Source: Catajapyx aquilonaris (Eukaryota). Taken from it: a stretch of 64,000 nucleotides of DNA. This document shows positions 27,159 through 40,407 of this stretch, piece after piece; positions within the stretch are counted from its first letter, which is position 1; the number at the start of each line of letters is the position of its first letter. Made by a program: the position numbers and the translations under genes. The stretch is taken from positions 124,001 through 188,000 of the forward strand of contig JYFJ02000141.1 in NCBI GenBank assembly GCA_000934665.2, in the 5' to 3' direction. The notes below the pieces were generated by a model. The model was not told where the DNA came from. It did not search any database and saw only the letters and a program-made list of their open reading frames with translations.

Positions 27159-28439
27159 TAGTCCGGACGTTAAGGGATTCAACCGTGCATTTTGTGAAAA
27201 AAGAATGAAATTTGGTACAAATGTCCCTGAGAGCATACTCTTCAAATTCAGATATGGCGCCACGCCCGTTGTCGCTCAGGAGGCGGGTTGGCTACACTGA
27301 AGCGAGTGACAAGTCTTTTTCTGAGCGAACTATGCTTCCTAGGCGGATATGTGCCAAACAAATGTTGTGGGGAAACATCTATCCTACAAAAAGTATATAG
27401 TAACGTTTCCACGTACGGTCAGTATTTTCGGAGCTACAGCGACTTGAACCAAATTAAGGGACGAAAAAAAAGTCAACCGTGCATTGGTGAAATTTGGTAA
27501 GAATGTCCCTGAGACCGTACTCCTCCAATCCAGATATGGCGCCACGGCCGTTTTCGCCCAGGTGGCCCGTAATTGCGGGTTGGCTACCTTGACGCGAGTA
27601 AAAAGTCTTTTCTGAGCGTACTATGCCTCTCAGGCGGATATGTTCTAAACAAACATTGTACAGAAACATGTACTCTACAAAAAGTATGAAGTACCTTTTC
27701 CACGTAGAGTCCTTATTTTCAGAGCTACATCGACTTGAACCCATAGTCATGGAATTAAGGGATGAAATGGTTAACCGTGCACTTTGGTGATGAAGACATG
27801 AAATATGGTAGGAATGTTCTAGGGACTACACTCTTCAAATTCAGATATGGCGCCACGCCAGTTTTCGCCCAGGAAGGACTCTACGTGGAAAAGGTACTTC
27901 ATACCTTTTGTAGAGTACATGTTTCTGTACAATGTTTGTTTGGAACATATCCGCCTGAGAGGCATAGTTCGCTCAGAAAAGACCTTTAACTGGCTTCAAG
28001 GTAGCCAACCCGCAATTACGGGCCACCTGGGCGAAAACGGCCGTGGCGCCATATCTGGATTGGAGGAGTATGGTCTCAGGGACATTCTTACCAAATTTCA
28101 CCAATGCACGGTTGACTTTTTTTTCGTCCCTTAATTTGGTTCAAGTCGCTGTAGCTCCGAAAATACTGACCGTACGTGGAAACGTTACTATATACTTTTT
28201 GTAGGATAGATGTTTCCCCACAACATTTGTTTGGCACATATCCGCCTAGGAAGCATAGTTCGCTCAGAAAAAGACTTGTCACTCGCTTCAGTGTAGCCAA
28301 CCCGCCTCCTGGGCGAAAACGGGCGTGGCGCCATATCTGAATTTGAAGAGTATGCTCTCAGGGACATTTGTACCAAATTTCATGCTTTTTTCACCAAATG
28401 CACGGTTGACCCATTATTCGTCCCTTAACGTCCGGACTA
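27159..28439. mobile_element. Non-autonomous foldback/long-TIR DNA transposon (large MITE), Academ-like termini
   Basis: Left arm 27159-27714 is the reverse complement of right arm 27874-28439, with roughly a dozen substitutions and one ~10-nt indel by eye. The spacer is 159 bp. Termini are TAGTCCGGACGTTAAGGGA...TCCCTTAACGTCCGGACTA, and TTG flanks both sides (27156-27158, 28440-28442). There is no transposase ORF. The superfamily assignment is an inference. Confidence 0.85.
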
Positions 28440-28773
28440 TTGTTAGATTACCCTTGAGAGGGTTAATTAAACATATGTTAAATTAAGCTGGTAGTCGTGG
28501 GCTCGAAGCTTTTTGGACTCTTTTCTCGAAAACTGGACATTTTTGACAGAGATTGTGAAATGCAGCAAAGTGAACAGTGGTGTAAGTGTCATCAACTACA
28601 TACGTATGCACTGTATTTCAGCCGATGTTGTAGTAGTGTACAGTGCTCGAAGCAAAGTTAAATTCCGAGCTCTGGTTGTCGTTTTGTGCAATAAATTGTA
28701 TTTGTACAGCGAAATGATGGGGAGAATCGGGCTGTGTTTCAATCCAGATTTTTTGTACTCGTAAAATAAATAT

Positions 28774-28830
28774 TGCGGAACTGTAAAAGTTGCTGTGCGG
28801 AACTGTAAAGGTTGCTGTACGTAACTTTAA
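28774..28830. repeat. 22-bp tandem repeat, ~2.5 copies
   Basis: TGCGGAACTGTAAAAGTTGCTG / TGCGGAACTGTAAAGGTTGCTG / degenerate TACGTAACTTTAA. Confidence 0.8.
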
Positions 28831-29069
28831 TTATACATTTGCTGTCACATTGTAATTATTGATTAGGGTAATTTAATCATAGCTTGCAACATGCATCAAA
28901 CAATATTTAAAATTGTATATTTTCATCGTGTAAAAACAATAACCACAGACCATGCCTCAGACTGAGACTTTAAATATTAATATGTTGTGCAGATATTAAA
29001 TCATTTTATTCCAAAACACTGTTTTAATGATCACGGAGAATGCATAAGTGATGAAGCATGTTTTTATTT

Positions 29070-29369
29070 AATAATAATAATAATAATATCATACCCCATT
29101 GAAGCCGTTCTGGCTTTTTTAGGGGGGAGATTTGTTTTTTTGGCTGGAACTCTTGTAAACTTTATTTCGCTTTTTGGGACGGGACAGGGATGGAAGGAAG
29201 CGGCTGTGGCCTATTAACTAGGAAACAACTCCGGTATTCACCTGGAGGAACCGTGGGAAACCACAGAAAACCACGGTCAGAGTTGCCGGCACCGGGATTC
29301 GAACCTCGAACCCAGGACCTCCCGATTAGCAGGCGGACTCCATATCCACTACACCAACCTGCTTCGGTT
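29070..29369 (-). mobile_element. Full-length tRNA-derived SINE (~300 bp)
   Basis: The minus strand reads head with A box TGGTGTAGTGG and B box GGTTCGAATCC, then body GTGGTTTCCC...CAGGTGAATACCGGAG...AGGCCACAGCCGCTTCCTTCC (resembling the central domain of insect Lm1/Talua-type SINEs), then an (ATT)n tail. A perfect 13-bp TSD CATGTTTTTATTT lies at 29057-29069 and 29370-29382. Confidence 0.9.
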
Positions 29370-32300
29370 CATGTTTTTATTTTCCTGGAAGTTTACACCA
29401 TGAAAATTTAAATGATGTTACAATCACAATGGAAATATTTTGAAAATTACAGCAGATTTGCTTATTTTCCAACATTTTACTAGCGGACCATAAATCCAAT
29501 CAAAACTTGTTTACACTGGTAACGTAAGCCTGATTGCGGCAATTTCTGTCTTCTATTTTCATCACAGGATCGCGGTGAAATTGAGTTTTAGATTGTGCAC
29601 CTAGCTCTTGTCCTCTGGGTAGTTACAGTGCAAAATTATGTGCCCAGAAATATGAAACTAGTCGCAAAAAAAAAGTTTCCGGCCATGCGGGTTATATTCG
29701 AAGAAGAACGAACGTATATGCTCCGAAAATAATTGGATAGCCGTCAGCAATGATAGCTATACCTGGTGAGTGAAGTTTTCTACAAAAACATGCTGTATGT
29801 TACATCATTCTGAATGTAATATTGCAGCAGGATTTATGCAACAATCGAGGCAGAAATTTTCCGCTGCAAACCTTCTCAAATTAGCTGCACATTTGCCAGG
29901 GATGGATTGGAATTAGAGATTAGCGAAATGATAAAATATTACCGAACTCCAAAGACACCTAAAACATATAAAAGTTTGCATAAATTAAAGACGGAACTTG
30001 TGCAGCAGAGCAAACTATCGCAACCTGGAAACTCCGGATTAGTCGAATAGATCGCAGATACCCGCGACATTTTTTTTCCACTAAATTTAATGGAAGTAAA
30101 GCTCTCTAGGAACATTACTTCTGTTTGCTTTCCAACTTCTTGCATGCAAAACCAATCTGCTGCCTAATAAATGACAAAAGTTACACGTCCTCCCAAAATA
30201 GATTCCATCCCTGCAATATCCTACATAGTACTGTACTAGTAATAATTTATCGCTCCTAGAGCAGAACTACGCCAGAGAGATCATGCACGTCATAATATGC
30301 AAAACTATATTAGAATAACATAATTATAGATTTTTTTCCACATCCTGACACATATGGTGATTTTGATTTACAAAAGTGTAACTAATTCAAACCCCCGTCC
30401 TGTCCCAGCGTTCGTAGAAAACTAATATTAGCTTCCTGACTTATTAAAATTCCGCTAATTATTCAATATCGGTCTGGGGGATCTGTAATCCCCAAAAAAT
30501 TAATCCGCACCATTTGCGCTAAAATCTCGCCAAGTATTTCACCACTTTTTTTTCCGCAAGCCCGTGCATTTTCCAAGTAACAGAAGCATTATCCGGGAAC
30601 CAACTGCGAGTAACTACAGGCACTTCTCATGTACGAGCTACATTGTTCACACACTGCGCTATATGCAAGGCCCCGTTAAATCTGCTGCATTTTTTATTAT
30701 TCGTGAGTAGTGTTGTAAAAGGCTGGAAAAAAACAAACAGGACTTTTTGAAGGCTCAAAATGACTTTTTTTTCCTCTGAACTATTACCTACCAAGTTTAT
30801 TTCATTCATTTTTTTATTGAAACTATATTAGTTGCGAAGTTTATGCAATCTCATGTGGGTCCGTAATTAAGTTTGTCTCATGACATGCACGTCTGCTTCA
30901 AATTTCCTCAGTCCCCTTTCTTTTAGCCTGGTTCCCCCTATATAGATTAGTCCGAAAACCACTGGAGTTGACGTCATTCTGGGATAGAAAAAGTGACGTC
31001 AATGCAACTTGTATACTGTCCGACCAATTTTAGCATCGGTTTTGGTGTCCTGGCATGGTCCAGTTGGGCATGTGACGTGACAAAATATTTCCCCGTGGCA
31101 TTTAAAACAAGGGCCTAGAAACTTCAAGCGTGATTAGCGTTGTCAACTCTTGAATTATACGTCCCTGACATCCCAGCTCCCGGAAGAATTACGGACAATA
31201 TAATCCGGACGTTATTCCTGGGACGTGCTTGCAAAATTTATTTTGGAACCAAACTTTTTTTTATAGAAAAAAAACCGGGTGTTTGTTCTTTCGGCGACTG
31301 GTAAATTACAAAAGATTCTCGCACTATAGGATTGATTTCAAACGTGAAGTTGTCCTAATGAAGATTGAACGCGGACCGGATTTTCACGGGGGTGTGGACC
31401 CATCCTTTGCAATATTAATCGCGTCAAGTCAAGCTGCAAACTCCCAGTAGAAATCACACAAAAAAAATATTAGTATTGCACCAATTTCCCGCCACATTAA
31501 CCTTCAGTATATGCGGGCCACGCCTCGTCAATTAAAAATTCAAGTCAAGTTTCCTGTCAAATTTTTGGGCAAGTCACTCGTTCCTGGAATAATTGGAAAG
31601 ACCTTGGCGAACAATTAGTTTTGGACGTCCGTTGCTGCCTAATGAGCGATGGAATGGCAAACAATAATATTCCATTATCGAGAATCTTGGATCAATATTG
31701 AGGGGAAGTCCTTTTTTATTGAGATAAGGCCAAGACTCTTTTTTTTATTATTATCTAGGATCCGTCAGAGGTTATCCCCAGGAAGCCCGATGAAGTCCTA
31801 TAGATCTTTGGAACCAATAAAGAAAAATCCTACCAAATAAGAAAATGGTCAATATCGATTCTCCGGGGTATTGTTGCCCTGTGTATTCAGTTCAGATCAG
31901 ATTGTATTCTCTGACGCAAATAAATATTATTTATACATACACCGTTGCCTTCCCAAGAAGTGTTGTGTACTGTTCTTTTTTAAAGCAACCTTTTCAAGTT
32001 GCTGATTAATATCGTCAGGTGTGCAAAGGTCGAATCGTTTTTGTTTACCTTTCGGTTCGGGAGGGGCGTAATCGCTAAGCTGATAAACCGTAGAATTTTC
32101 TAGGAAGGTTTAAAATGGGATCCGTTTATTAGTAGGCGGTTAACGGCAATGACTCAGTCATGAAGTGCAGACCGAGATAAGGGGCTTGATATAACAATGT
32201 TATCAGGAGGAAAACTTGTTATCAGCAGATGTCAGACTAACTCTTGCTCAACTTCACTCGTTTGGGTAGACTTTGTTTTCTACACGAAACCGCACGTAGA

Positions 32301-33406
32301 ATTTTTTTCTGAAAAAAATATGCGAAATGAAAGTGAGCTTGACAATTAAGCGACGCAATCGACATTTCTATATAGCAGGAAATGTCGCTTTTCAATGATC
32401 AGTATCGCAGTTTTTATGCCCTATTTTTGGCTATGGAATGGAAACAGCGATGGAACAAGTACATTGTATAATGATAACGACCAATATTCCGCCCACATTC
32501 TGCATTTTCATCTACGCCAAAATCGAGGCTCCTGTCGAATTCACAATACAGATCGGAAAGTGTGCCCGTTTTGAATTCAGTGCTGCATGTATTGCGGGAT
32601 TCAAACCACCGAAATTATCTCTCCAAGTTGTTTTGTTCGCTTAGTTCGCGTCAGAAAAGCAGACAAATACACCAATAAACTGCAAATCCAGTCCAGAGAA
32701 CGGGAATGGATGGATAGATATGACCTTGAATTATTCCTGGGAATCCCTGTAATTGACTCCACGTGGCAATTACTTCCTACGTGGTTACATTATAGTTTAA
32801 TGGTTCCATCATTGCGAGACCAATTAATTACAGCGGGCCGTTAACAATCGAGCAGTGAAAGTCCCGGTATATGGCTTCAAGTCCCATTCAAATGGTATTT
32901 GAGTTCGATTCTAGATCTATGAATGGTTTAACTTACATTCAGCTTACACTAAATCACTAAACAGGTTTTTAAAATATCACCCGGACGCATAATTGCAACA
33001 TTCGTAAATCAGATTGCATTATTCGACACGTGCAGATCAATCAGGATAATCGAGGCGATGCCCACATTCCAAACGCATGACTCTCGATCTAAAGGTCAAC
33101 ACGTCGCAAAATCCGGTATACGTATACTACGCACAACCTTCACCCTGAAAGTGACTCCTGTTCACCTTGTCCCGTTTTCTTGCGTCATTCCAGCACATTT
33201 CTCTTACAGAGGAAGACCCGACCCCTTTTGTTACACCACAGCTCGATCCAGGTTATTGTAACTGGATGAGTGGCTTATCCCTTCTTATTGTCCAGAGAAG
33301 CAAACCATTGTCCAAATCCTCCATAATAACGTGGAGTTGGCCAGGGCTAGATCCCGAAGCAGAGGAGCTCAACCAAAGTCCGACCTAATTGTTCAATGAG
33401 GCTTAC

Positions 33407-33524
33407 CGGTTATCTCATGGGATTGGTGCTCCTGCAGTTGCAAGTATCTCTCGTGCAAGAAGTCCTCGTAGGTGTCACTGGAATTGAAGCTGTTGCTACT
33501 GCGACTCGGATGGAATGGTGGAGC
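33407..33524 (-). CDS. Internal coding exon (118 nt, phase 0 to 1): APPFHPSRSSNSFNSSDTYEDFLHERYLQLQEHQSHEIT(G)
   Basis: Acceptor gtactttcAG|GCT and donor CCG|gtaagc. Only this frame is stop-free across the exon, and its phases match both neighbouring exons. Confidence 0.75.
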
Positions 33525-36500
33525 CTGAAAGTACATGGACACAGTTTTAATAATCACGCAGACTCTCTGCCCATGGATTAAAATTGACGCGATTTCTGCC
33601 AAATATATTAATCGGCTGTCATAACAAAAGTCCATCTGTCACACTCGGATGTGACCTCACCAGTTAGACAACAATAACAAAGCGGTTTCAAACTGTTAGT
33701 TCAAAGGTCAGAGAAGTGCGTTTCATGGGCAGTATGACGTCATATCATTTATTTGTATGCATCAAATGTGGCAGCTAAAGGGCATAAATGACAAATGGAG
33801 GAAACCGCGACCTCAGTTAACTACTCGTTCGAGTTACAAAATAAAATCACATATTGTATCGAAAATTTGTACCCGTTTGTTTCAACAAACTTGGAAAAAA
33901 AAATCTTCAGATACATGCTGACATTTGCATACAATCCGATTTTTGATGGTATATTAATTAACGCAAATTATTACGCAGATGTGACTTTTTGCTTGGATGT
34001 TCCCCAAATGAGGGTATTTTGTATCCCTAATAACTTGCAGTACTGTGCAAAAAAGTACAGGATAATCGCAGTGAAAGGGTTGACCCGTCAGCGTCAGGGG
34101 AGTCACCTGAGAGGCCCAGGGAATCTTCCCTAATGCAGGTATACAGTGAACTCTACCTTGACTTTCCGTTTTAATCCAAGTTTGAATCAATACCAGTTTG
34201 CGCAAACCTTAGGTTTCAAGTAAACCGTCAGAATTAATCGGATTTGAGCTACCTCGGATTAAATACTGGGATTACTGTGTACATTGCATCCATTTACACT
34301 GTGGAATTAGGTAGTTTCTAACACCTAATCTGCTTCGCACGTGTGCTTCATTAACTTAGTCAGAAAATGAGGTCTTCAGGACACCAGCAAACATCAGTTT
34401 GTATATAAAAAGACCATACTTCAGATAAAGGCTCGTAATAATTCAGAACTCTCAGAATAATAGAAAAAAGTAGCATACAATTTTTGGTCCGGTATTCCAT
34501 AACGGTCTCAATATATTAAAGAACTGCGTTGCACTATACGAAGTTTGCAAGCCAATATACATACATTCCGTACATTCCGCAGCTGCTTTTAATACCATGT
34601 CACTGCAGCCCTGGAATTTAGGAGGATGTCTACAGTCATTTTTTTAAAGAGGAGCTATATGTGAAGACTATAAGTCCTTCTTGGGCTGGACTAATCGGAA
34701 AGCACTAAAAGACAAGGTTTTCAAAACTTGTAGAAAAGATGGATAAATGAGGTAATCGCGTTCGATCGAGGGCTCCCATTTTGTGCTTGGAGCAAAAATC
34801 CCTGACGAGGAAATAAATCCTGTAACGATCTGGATTTTGGGGCAGGCCTTCGTGCTCCGATTAATAATGTCAGAACATTCATTTCGAGGGGAGCAAGCGT
34901 ATATTTTGAAATCGGCTTAACAACTAGAATTTTTCCCCCGTGTCGCTATCTGTGTTTTTTTTTGTACCCATTTCATATTAGCGCTAATGCAAAGCGTTTA
35001 TAATATATTAGGCTTTCCTCAAATCTGTAACGAAGAGAATCAAACTTTGTATGAATTGAGATGGAACTTGGAAAAGTTGGGTTGGCAACCAAAGTTCTAT
35101 GTTGTCTTGTGATTTTTTTTTGCAAACTCCACTATTTCAGAATCACTACAATCACGGTCATGTTTGACAGAATTTTCCGATCAATGACAAAAGACTCGTC
35201 CCCAATGCCCTTTTCATTGGGCGTTAAGTCACATAATAACGTACTAAGGCACTTTGTATGCCAACATGTTCGACATATGGTGTGTGCAATGTGGGAACAA
35301 CATGGAAACGCTCTTTGCGAAGAGCAAAGCGTGGGTCAGGCCCATAATTGCGCGTTAGGCACATCATATATGCCCCTCTCAACACCCCGGGTCATAGTCA
35401 TGCAATACATATTTCTATTAATATATTTTTAATTATGAATTGGGGGTTTGAATGCTGCCATCTTGGGGTTCCAAGTGATACTGTCACATAATGAATAGAC
35501 AGCAACATCTGGCACGATCTGGCAACACTACAAAAATATCACCGTGTAATTTGGGTTGCATCATGCAAGGATGAAACGTTCCTAATTGTAAGGGTACCTT
35601 TTTAAATGTATTAATATTACGTACGCCCTTTTATATTGTCACCTTCAGCCGGGTACGGAGCATCGTTGTCTTTTGGTTGAAATCCACCATTAAGAGCAGG
35701 TGGATATTAACCGCAACGACCCAACAACAAAGACACCAGTGTGAACCCAGCTGTATTAAGCCACCAAACAAAATCGAGCCACAAAATCGAATCCGAATTT
35801 AAGTCCCATCACAGCAGCTTCTCGTGAAGAAGAAGTATATAGGGGGGGGGCATAAAAGTGCGTTTATATTACTTTCGATCGCACTCCTCAAAATGCATTA
35901 CGAGAGGACACCGCTTTCCAAGCTGTTTCCCAAGCATCGATCCATCAGTAGAAGTGTATAACCCATCACCAAACGAACCCCACGGTATCGAACGTGAGGC
36001 GAATTTAAATTGGCCCCGGGCCAAAGTGCTTATCCCACTTTTGGACACTCATTCACACGCCACTATATAGTTATAGGAGGTCGGACCTCCCAAAAATTAT
36101 TGACCACCAGATGTCTCACCTGACCGTAAACATTCACTTGGAAGACGCCATATTGCTGATTCAGTAGGTCGGACCCAATTCAATTCCCCAAAAGTCCCGA
36201 CTTTTTGGTCCCCCAACCGCTGCCAAAAGCCATTTTTGACATAGGGAGGGAGTTTTTTGGCGTCGTGTCACATAGTTGAGTGCACCTCCAGGGGCTTTTT
36301 TTCGAACCCAAAAAATGCATTTTGCCCTCTAGGTGCAAAAATGGTCCACTTCACAGAGTGGTATCGATGGTGCCTCCCCCTTCTCCACTACCCCNCCCCA
36401 GTGACAATGGGGGGGGGGGGGAAAGCATTCGTGTTTAAAAGTGCAGCCCAAGGATTTTCCTTTTATGGCCTGGGTAGTATAGGAAGCAATTACGGAGCCA

Positions 36501-36659
36501 TTTTAACCCAGTTTTTGTCCATTTTCTTCCGAAAAAAGAAAAACAGATCCTGGAAAGCAAATATGCGCAATTTCCTCATTACACCGTCACATTCAGTACC
36601 AGTCACTTCACTATTGATCACAATGGTAGACTATTAGTGTAAACTTTAAATCCGGTATG

Positions 36660-36661
<2 letters not shown>

Positions 36662-36717
<56 letters not shown>
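36662..36717. repeat. (ATT)n microsatellite, ~18 perfect units
   Basis: Directly visible perfect trinucleotide run. Confidence 0.95.
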
Positions 36718-39700
36718 CACTTTAATTTAACAGCATGTGTGTAGTATGAGTGTAGTCTATAAATTATTATTTAAATGATTCTAGTCGACTTTAATGCAGA
36801 ACTATCGTTACTGCAATATGCGCAATGTTGTGGTAAGTGAAGAATCCGATATTGCTTCCTGCTGTTCATGTGAATGATTACAAACCATACACCACTGCAC
36901 TGGCATCACGACGGAGAGTTATTATGCATTCCAGTGTGCAGTGAGAGTATAGCATTCAATCTCACCAAGTCAGACAATATTGCCCTGCCCCAACCGATTT
37001 TTCAAGTAGTGTACAGTGAGTAACACAATCGGTTCAGTACGGGTATCCCCGACGCACAGTCTATCGAAAATATCTAAGCAAACCTATTCATATCCCCGGC
37101 TATAATAACCCATTAGGAGGTCATGACTGTAAAAATAAATCTTTTGTTGTATGTACGCAGGTACAATTCCTTTGTACTTTTGTCCTTCACTTATTCCCAT
37201 GCCAGAATTAATCGTCCGGTCATTATAACGATTATTTACCAATCACCCTGTAATAGTATCCAATTTTATCTCGCATTGTTTCATTGGTCCATATCGCACC
37301 CTGATACCATTGCTGAGGGAAAATCAACACGCAACTGGAATGTCGTCACCTAGTTAAACTGTCACTTCCGGGTAAACACTCTACTAATTGCTCATGCGCG
37401 TGTGACACCCAAGTAAAAGTGTGAAATTAGGAGAAGCAGGTAAAAAGGAACGAAGTGCGACAAATTGCGTGTCTGATGACCGAAAAACTGAGACCCACTC
37501 GCCCACTTTTCCTCGCCTCAAAATTTTAGAGTAAACTCATCCCCATCATTTTAATATATGCGCATATAACGTCATTTCCGTCCTTCGAATGGTTTAAATT
37601 CTATCCACATCTTCATTTCCTCTCATTTCCACCACGTACATAGACTCCGTAATTAAGTGCATGCATTGTTGGCACTCCATATGCCAGGTCATATCTATAT
37701 GACGTCAACATCATTAATTATCAGCCGCATCTTCATATTAGATGCCATGAATGCTCAGCAGAGTATGAACCGAGCCCCCCCCCCCTCCAAAAAAAAAAAC
37801 TAGACTTAAAGACTTTCAAACTTTCTGGACTCATGTTTTATCGTGGCAGCAGGAAGTCGAGGCGAAAGTTGAACCGAATGCTCATCCAGTGTGCGAATAT
37901 AACACACATCGCCGACTCACATATCTAGCTGACGTCTCCACCTTTTTACGCTGGCGAGCAGCACGTGAGTGGATGTCATGAGTTGGAGAAAAGCACGTGT
38001 GTGCTTATGACAGGTGTGTACTGCGATGGGGATAGTTTGTTATCCGTTCCAGATGTGCCAATCGTCGCCAAAAAAATATATATTCGCGGCCATGACTGAC
38101 TTGTGCTAACTGGTTCAATGCTTAACCTCGTTTTTAATGTCTGCGTCCTAATATGAGATGGATCGTCGTAATGAATCACAATTATGAAGGTGTAATTAGC
38201 AATGTCCAGGTTTTGATCTCCCTTGTAATTCCGAGGGATCATGAAATGGCAACGGGTCATTTTGCGCATTATCTGTCAAAGAAACCTTTTGGTCAGACAT
38301 ACTTGGTCAGCAAGTCATACCTGACAGTGCGTACAGAAGTGTTCAGTTGGTGATCGCTTGGATACACCTGCTAGGGTACATGGTTTTCAACATCACCCCG
38401 CCCATTCCGGTATTTTAAAAATAAAAAAATACGCAATCGAGTGTTCTCCAGAATACCACATGTTCTTCCATACATCGCATTCCGCAGATTTTCGCACTAC
38501 GAAAATACTAGAGTTTGACCAAAAATTAGTTCCACAAATCATCTCACCTTTGAAAATACCGGATGTGTCACAAAAATTATTGTATTATATTCTGAAGGAC
38601 GCATCACTGAGAAAGCTTTAGTATAGGCTACGAACTCATGGTATTAGGCGCACTTCAAACGGTTGCGTAAAGCAAGATCTGATTTTCGGGTCTACTGAAG
38701 AGTACGTAATACCTAATTTTCCTAGCCTCGACTAAGCTAATTTTATCATTAGTCACACTTCTATACCTCCATTGGCAGCATGCTAATAAGGAAAGCTGTT
38801 TACAAAGCTTATAGAACGACTCCTTACAGAGAGCAGGTTTACTACAGTTGGGCACAGGGTGCTAGTAAATGGTTACACCACAGTTCAGTGGAATTAATTT
38901 CAACTTTACGACGCAACAGAGCCATAATGACAGACTATAACTAGTGGTACAAACAAGCATCAAGACCATAACAACTTTGACCCACAGCATGTCTCGTATA
39001 TACACCAGTTTATCTTACCAGATATTGCAGCAATAGGCCAGAGCAAAGGTCATTACTCATCCAATATTAAAATTATTTTATCGGCACATAATCTGATCAG
39101 GATATTCACAATCTGCTTTCAATTAAGTCTACCAATTGCGACCTTGACAAAAGGGATTTGTTGTAAGCAATACCAGGATTATTTCTTCGCAAACAACTTT
39201 CACATCAATGAGCAGATATGATGAATTCTTGATAGAGTCCGGATGACCATTGAAGCATTAAAAAGTTTACGACAACTTGTGTCTGTATAATTCATATAAC
39301 TTAACACGTATTGTGTCCTAATCATGAACGACGAGTGCTTTGGATATTACTAATAATGTGTGTCCTTCAAAATATGCATCGAATGAGTATATGCTGTCAC
39401 CAGGAGGCGTAACCTTGCTTTGTTTTGCTTACAAATGGAGTATAGTATTGTATGCCATTGTTGAAGCAGTGATCATGCGTTATCAGAGAGTATTGATGCA
39501 ATTTTACAGGCCTAATAATTGTAACAGGCCTAACGCAAATCAAAACGAGAAGTGACGTATCATACATCATTTCATTACGAAACGATGCTCAGGTATTAAA
39601 TATTACGCACAACTAAAGTATGATTCAGTTGAGTTACTACATTTCTGCATAAAACTTTCAAGGTCGCTCTCCCTGTCACACTAACACAGTCCCCGATACG

Positions 39701-40089
39701 TCACAGCAATATATTTCAAAAGTCAAGGGTTCTTCCAAGCAGTTTGAAGGATCGAATAAAGCCGAAAATCCCTCAATAAGTCCCGCCGCGCCGTCTCAAT
39801 CAAGCTCAGAATCTCGGCTAAATCTCCTCCTAGTTTTCTGACCCTTTCCTGATTGCCCAAAACTAAATTAAACCCCGTTCAACTTAAACTGTTGTCAAAT
39901 GTTGCATATCACCTGTGTAACTAAACTGGCAGTAAACCTCACCCTATTCTAGTCACATAACATAGTCTAATTGTCACATGTTGCTTACTGTCAACGTGGA
40001 TTCTGGGGTGAACAACCCATAGGAAACTACAATGCACATCCTGTATGTCGGTATCAACATACTCGTACCTTCAGATATGACATGCTTAC

Positions 40090-40407
40090 CTCCTGACAAT
40101 GCCAAGTGTTGGACCTCTTGGGCGATTTGGGCGGTGGTCCCTTCTTACAATAACTCCCAGCCCCCATCCCCAACTCACTCTGGTTCCCCCCACTGTACCG
40201 GGGCAGCGTACCGAACGACCCTGTCACCGCATTGTTGTTGTACACCACACTCTCCTTAATTTGCGGCAACTCCTGCAGACTATAACTCCTGCTACCACTC
40301 GACCAAAACTTTTTTGGGGTCCTGAGCAAGCTTCCGACCAAACTGTGCTTCCGATGACCCAGCCTTCCATTGACGGCCCAAAAAGCACCCTGTCCATCCA
40401 TCACCAT
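40090..40407 (-). CDS. First coding exon (106 codons) of a large multi-exon minus-strand gene; Ser/Gly/Pro/Lys-rich N-terminal segment MVMDGQGAFWAVNGRLGHRKHSLVGSLLRTPKKFWSSGSRSYSLQELPQIKES...KKGPPPKSPKRSNTWHCQE
   Basis: Open frame from ATG at 40407 to a consensus donor GAG|gtaagc after 40090 (phase 0). GC content is above the flanks. It joins in frame to the exon at 33524-33407. The product is not recognised. Confidence 0.7.

Noticed and set aside
27212..28376. Pairs of near-identical ORFs on opposite strands (27212/28188, 27288/28088, 27454/27847)
   Set aside because: They are mirror products of the inverted-repeat arms and show no transposase or other recognisable motif.
29285..29368. tRNA gene
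   Set aside because: A and B boxes are present, but the B-box segment is duplicated and the sequence continues into a SINE body, tail and TSD. It is a SINE head.
33385..33406. 22-nt micro-intron gtaagc...aattag after the 33524-33407 exon
   Set aside because: Too short for normal spliceosomal removal and followed by a stop within ~12 codons. The phase-matched exon at 26890 is a better partner.
36391..36421. N at 36395 and many long G/C homopolymers across the window
   Set aside because: Assembly ambiguity and simple homopolymer runs, with no supportable function.
36893..36943. Imperfect hairpin CACTGCACTGG...CCAGTGTGCAGTG as a pre-miRNA
   Set aside because: Short, heavily bulged stem with no match to conserved miRNAs I recognise.
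38321..38367. 47-nt minus-strand exon-like segment (tagcAG|...CAG|gtatga)
   Set aside because: It would frameshift the chain between 40090 and 33524 and the acceptor is weak. At most an untested poison exon.
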